Source: Prorocentrum cordatum (Eukaryota). Taken from it: a stretch of DNA of 64,000 nt. Within the stretch, counting starts at the first letter, position 1, and each line of letters begins with the position of its first letter. The notes under the pieces were generated by a model that had not been told where the DNA came from, searched no databases, and worked only from the letters and a program-made list of their open reading frames with translations. The stretch spans positions 1 through 64,000 of the forward strand of contig CAUYUJ010000218.1 in NCBI GenBank assembly GCA_963575745.1. The letters run 5' to 3'. Of this stretch, positions 62,101 to 64,000 are shown piece after piece. A program made the position numbers and the translations under genes.

Positions 62101-63493
62101 AAGCCCTCGCGCCTTCTGAGAGAAGTTTTCTCTCCGCTTTCGGAGCAGGCTTCGAGCATTGGCGCACCATTTCCCTTCCCCTCTGGTCAGGCAGGCGCCT
62201 CCACCATGAGGAAAACGAGGCATACATACGCTGACCAGCCGAACAAAAAAAAACTTCTCCGAGGGCCGGAGGGGGGGCCTCCGAGCCTTCTGAGGGGGCC
62301 CGCCCCCTCTCGCTTCTCCCCATGGGCTCGCCCCCCGAGGACTGCGCGGGGCGAGCGCGCGTGCAGAAGGAGAAGCGCGTCTGCGCCAGGCGAGCGCGCG
62401 CGCGAGGCGGGATGCGAAGCGCTGGGCGTGCAGCGCGCCGGAGGGGAAGCCCGCAGCCCGCAGGCATCGGAAGCCGCAGTCGCCCCTCTGCGGGGATGTG
62501 CCACGTGAGCTGAGGCGGCGCGCACCACCGAGCCGGCCGAATCGTGGAGGAGGAGGAGGAGGAGGAGGAGGAGGAGGAGGAGGAGGAGGAGGGGGAGGAG
62601 AAGGAGGGATGATGGGGAGGAGGAGGGAGGAGGAGGAGGAGGAGGAGGAGGAGGAGGAGGAGGAGGACACGCCCACTGTGACATGGTCAGGAGAAATTAC
62701 GCTTGGTCGCAAATTGGCGGGACGGAGGAGGTGTCCTCCGAACTCCCTGCAGAGCGGAGCGATGCTATGAGTCGATCGGTCACGAGGCGGCGGGCCCTGT
62801 TCGGGGAGAGCGGAGTGGCGCACGGCCACCGCCACTCGGCCACCGCCACTCCCGAGATGCGCTGCCGAGGAAACACGTTTTGTCCTCCTCTGGGAGGAGG
62901 AGGAGGAGGAGGAGGAGGAGGAGGAGGAGGAAAAGGAAAAGGGGGAGGGGAGGGGGGGGGAGGGGGGGGGGGGGGAGGGGAGGGGGGGGGAGGGAAGAGG
63001 AGGGAGGAGGAGGAGGAGGAGAATGACGAGGAAGTGGTGGAGGAAGAGGAGGTCACATGCTCGGCCGCCTGCTGTTGCCGGCTATAGCCCGAAGGCTCCC
63101 AACACAACCTCCAGAATGGAGGAGGGAGCTCTGCGAACGGGCGGGAATTCCTCCAGAACCGTTCTCAAAACCCTTGGCGCTGGCCGACCTGGGGAGCAGG
63201 TGCGGCCGGCAACGAAGCGCCAAATCGGAGCGGAACGGCACGGAGTCGGAATCGAATCGAGTCGGCCGCGCCAGGATGCACAAGAACGCCGTGCGAGCAT
63301 CGGGCCGCTTCTCCTCCTCCTCCTCCTCCTCCTCCTCCTCCTCCTCCTCCTCTCCTTCCTCCTCCCCCCGTCTTCAAGGCGAGCCGCATCGTCGGAATAT
63401 CGGAATCGGGCTGGGACATTCGAAATCGATGTCGAATCGAATCGACGGGATCGACAGGGGCCCTGGAGGGCGCTGGGGGTCTGCAGCCGCGGC

Positions 63494-63609
<116 letters not shown>

Positions 63610-64000
63610 TCGGCTTTTTTGTTGCTTGCCGCGCAGCGCCTGCGCCTCTTCGGGGCAGGGCCTCGGGGGTCTATTCCCCCCCCACCCCACCGGGCGGGCG
63701 CACCAGGAGGAGGAAGAGGAGGAGGAGGAGGAGGAGGAGGAGGAGGAGGTTGGAGCGTCTGGGGAAGGAGGAGGAGGAGGAGAAATAGGAAGAGGAGGTC
63801 CAGAGTAAACCAGGAGGCCTCAACGATGCTGCTGTGCTGATGAAAGTGATGCTGTTCTTGCCTCCGTCGCCGACGACGAAGCTCATGATGGTGCTGCTGC
63901 TGATGACGTTAAGGATGACGACGACGATGATGAACATGATATGATAGCACAAACGACGAGGATCATGTTGATGCGGATGGTGATGAATGATGAACGGCGC

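Overview
Eukaryotic, GC-rich, repeat-saturated genomic DNA, almost certainly from a dinoflagellate. The evidence is relict DinoSL spliced-leader copies, GC/GA splice donors, tiny exons in long microsatellite-filled introns, and all recognisable genes lying on one strand. The GC level and repeat style suggest Prorocentrum, which is inference. Nearly all listed ORFs are microsatellite artefacts. The real coding content is all on the minus strand: (1) a 5-exon gene (48989->40054) encoding a divergent ubiquitin-like domain ending in RLPGG fused to ribosomal protein eL37, a fusion partner outside the classical eL40/eS31/eS30 set; (2) an intronless 390-aa protein with four zinc-ribbon repeats and a Vsr/EDxHD-like endonuclease domain (52027-53199); (3) a PPR protein with a 1.34-kb exon and relict SLs (16749->15412); (4) two exons of a Cys-rich WRQTGGC-module protein (36829-36715 and 31805-31732); (5) a weakly supported SL-preceded gene near 1.7-4.2 kb. 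The rest is microsatellites, several MITE families, a satellite interrupted by a TSD-less insertion, and an unusual double perfect hairpin at 20.25-20.33 kb.
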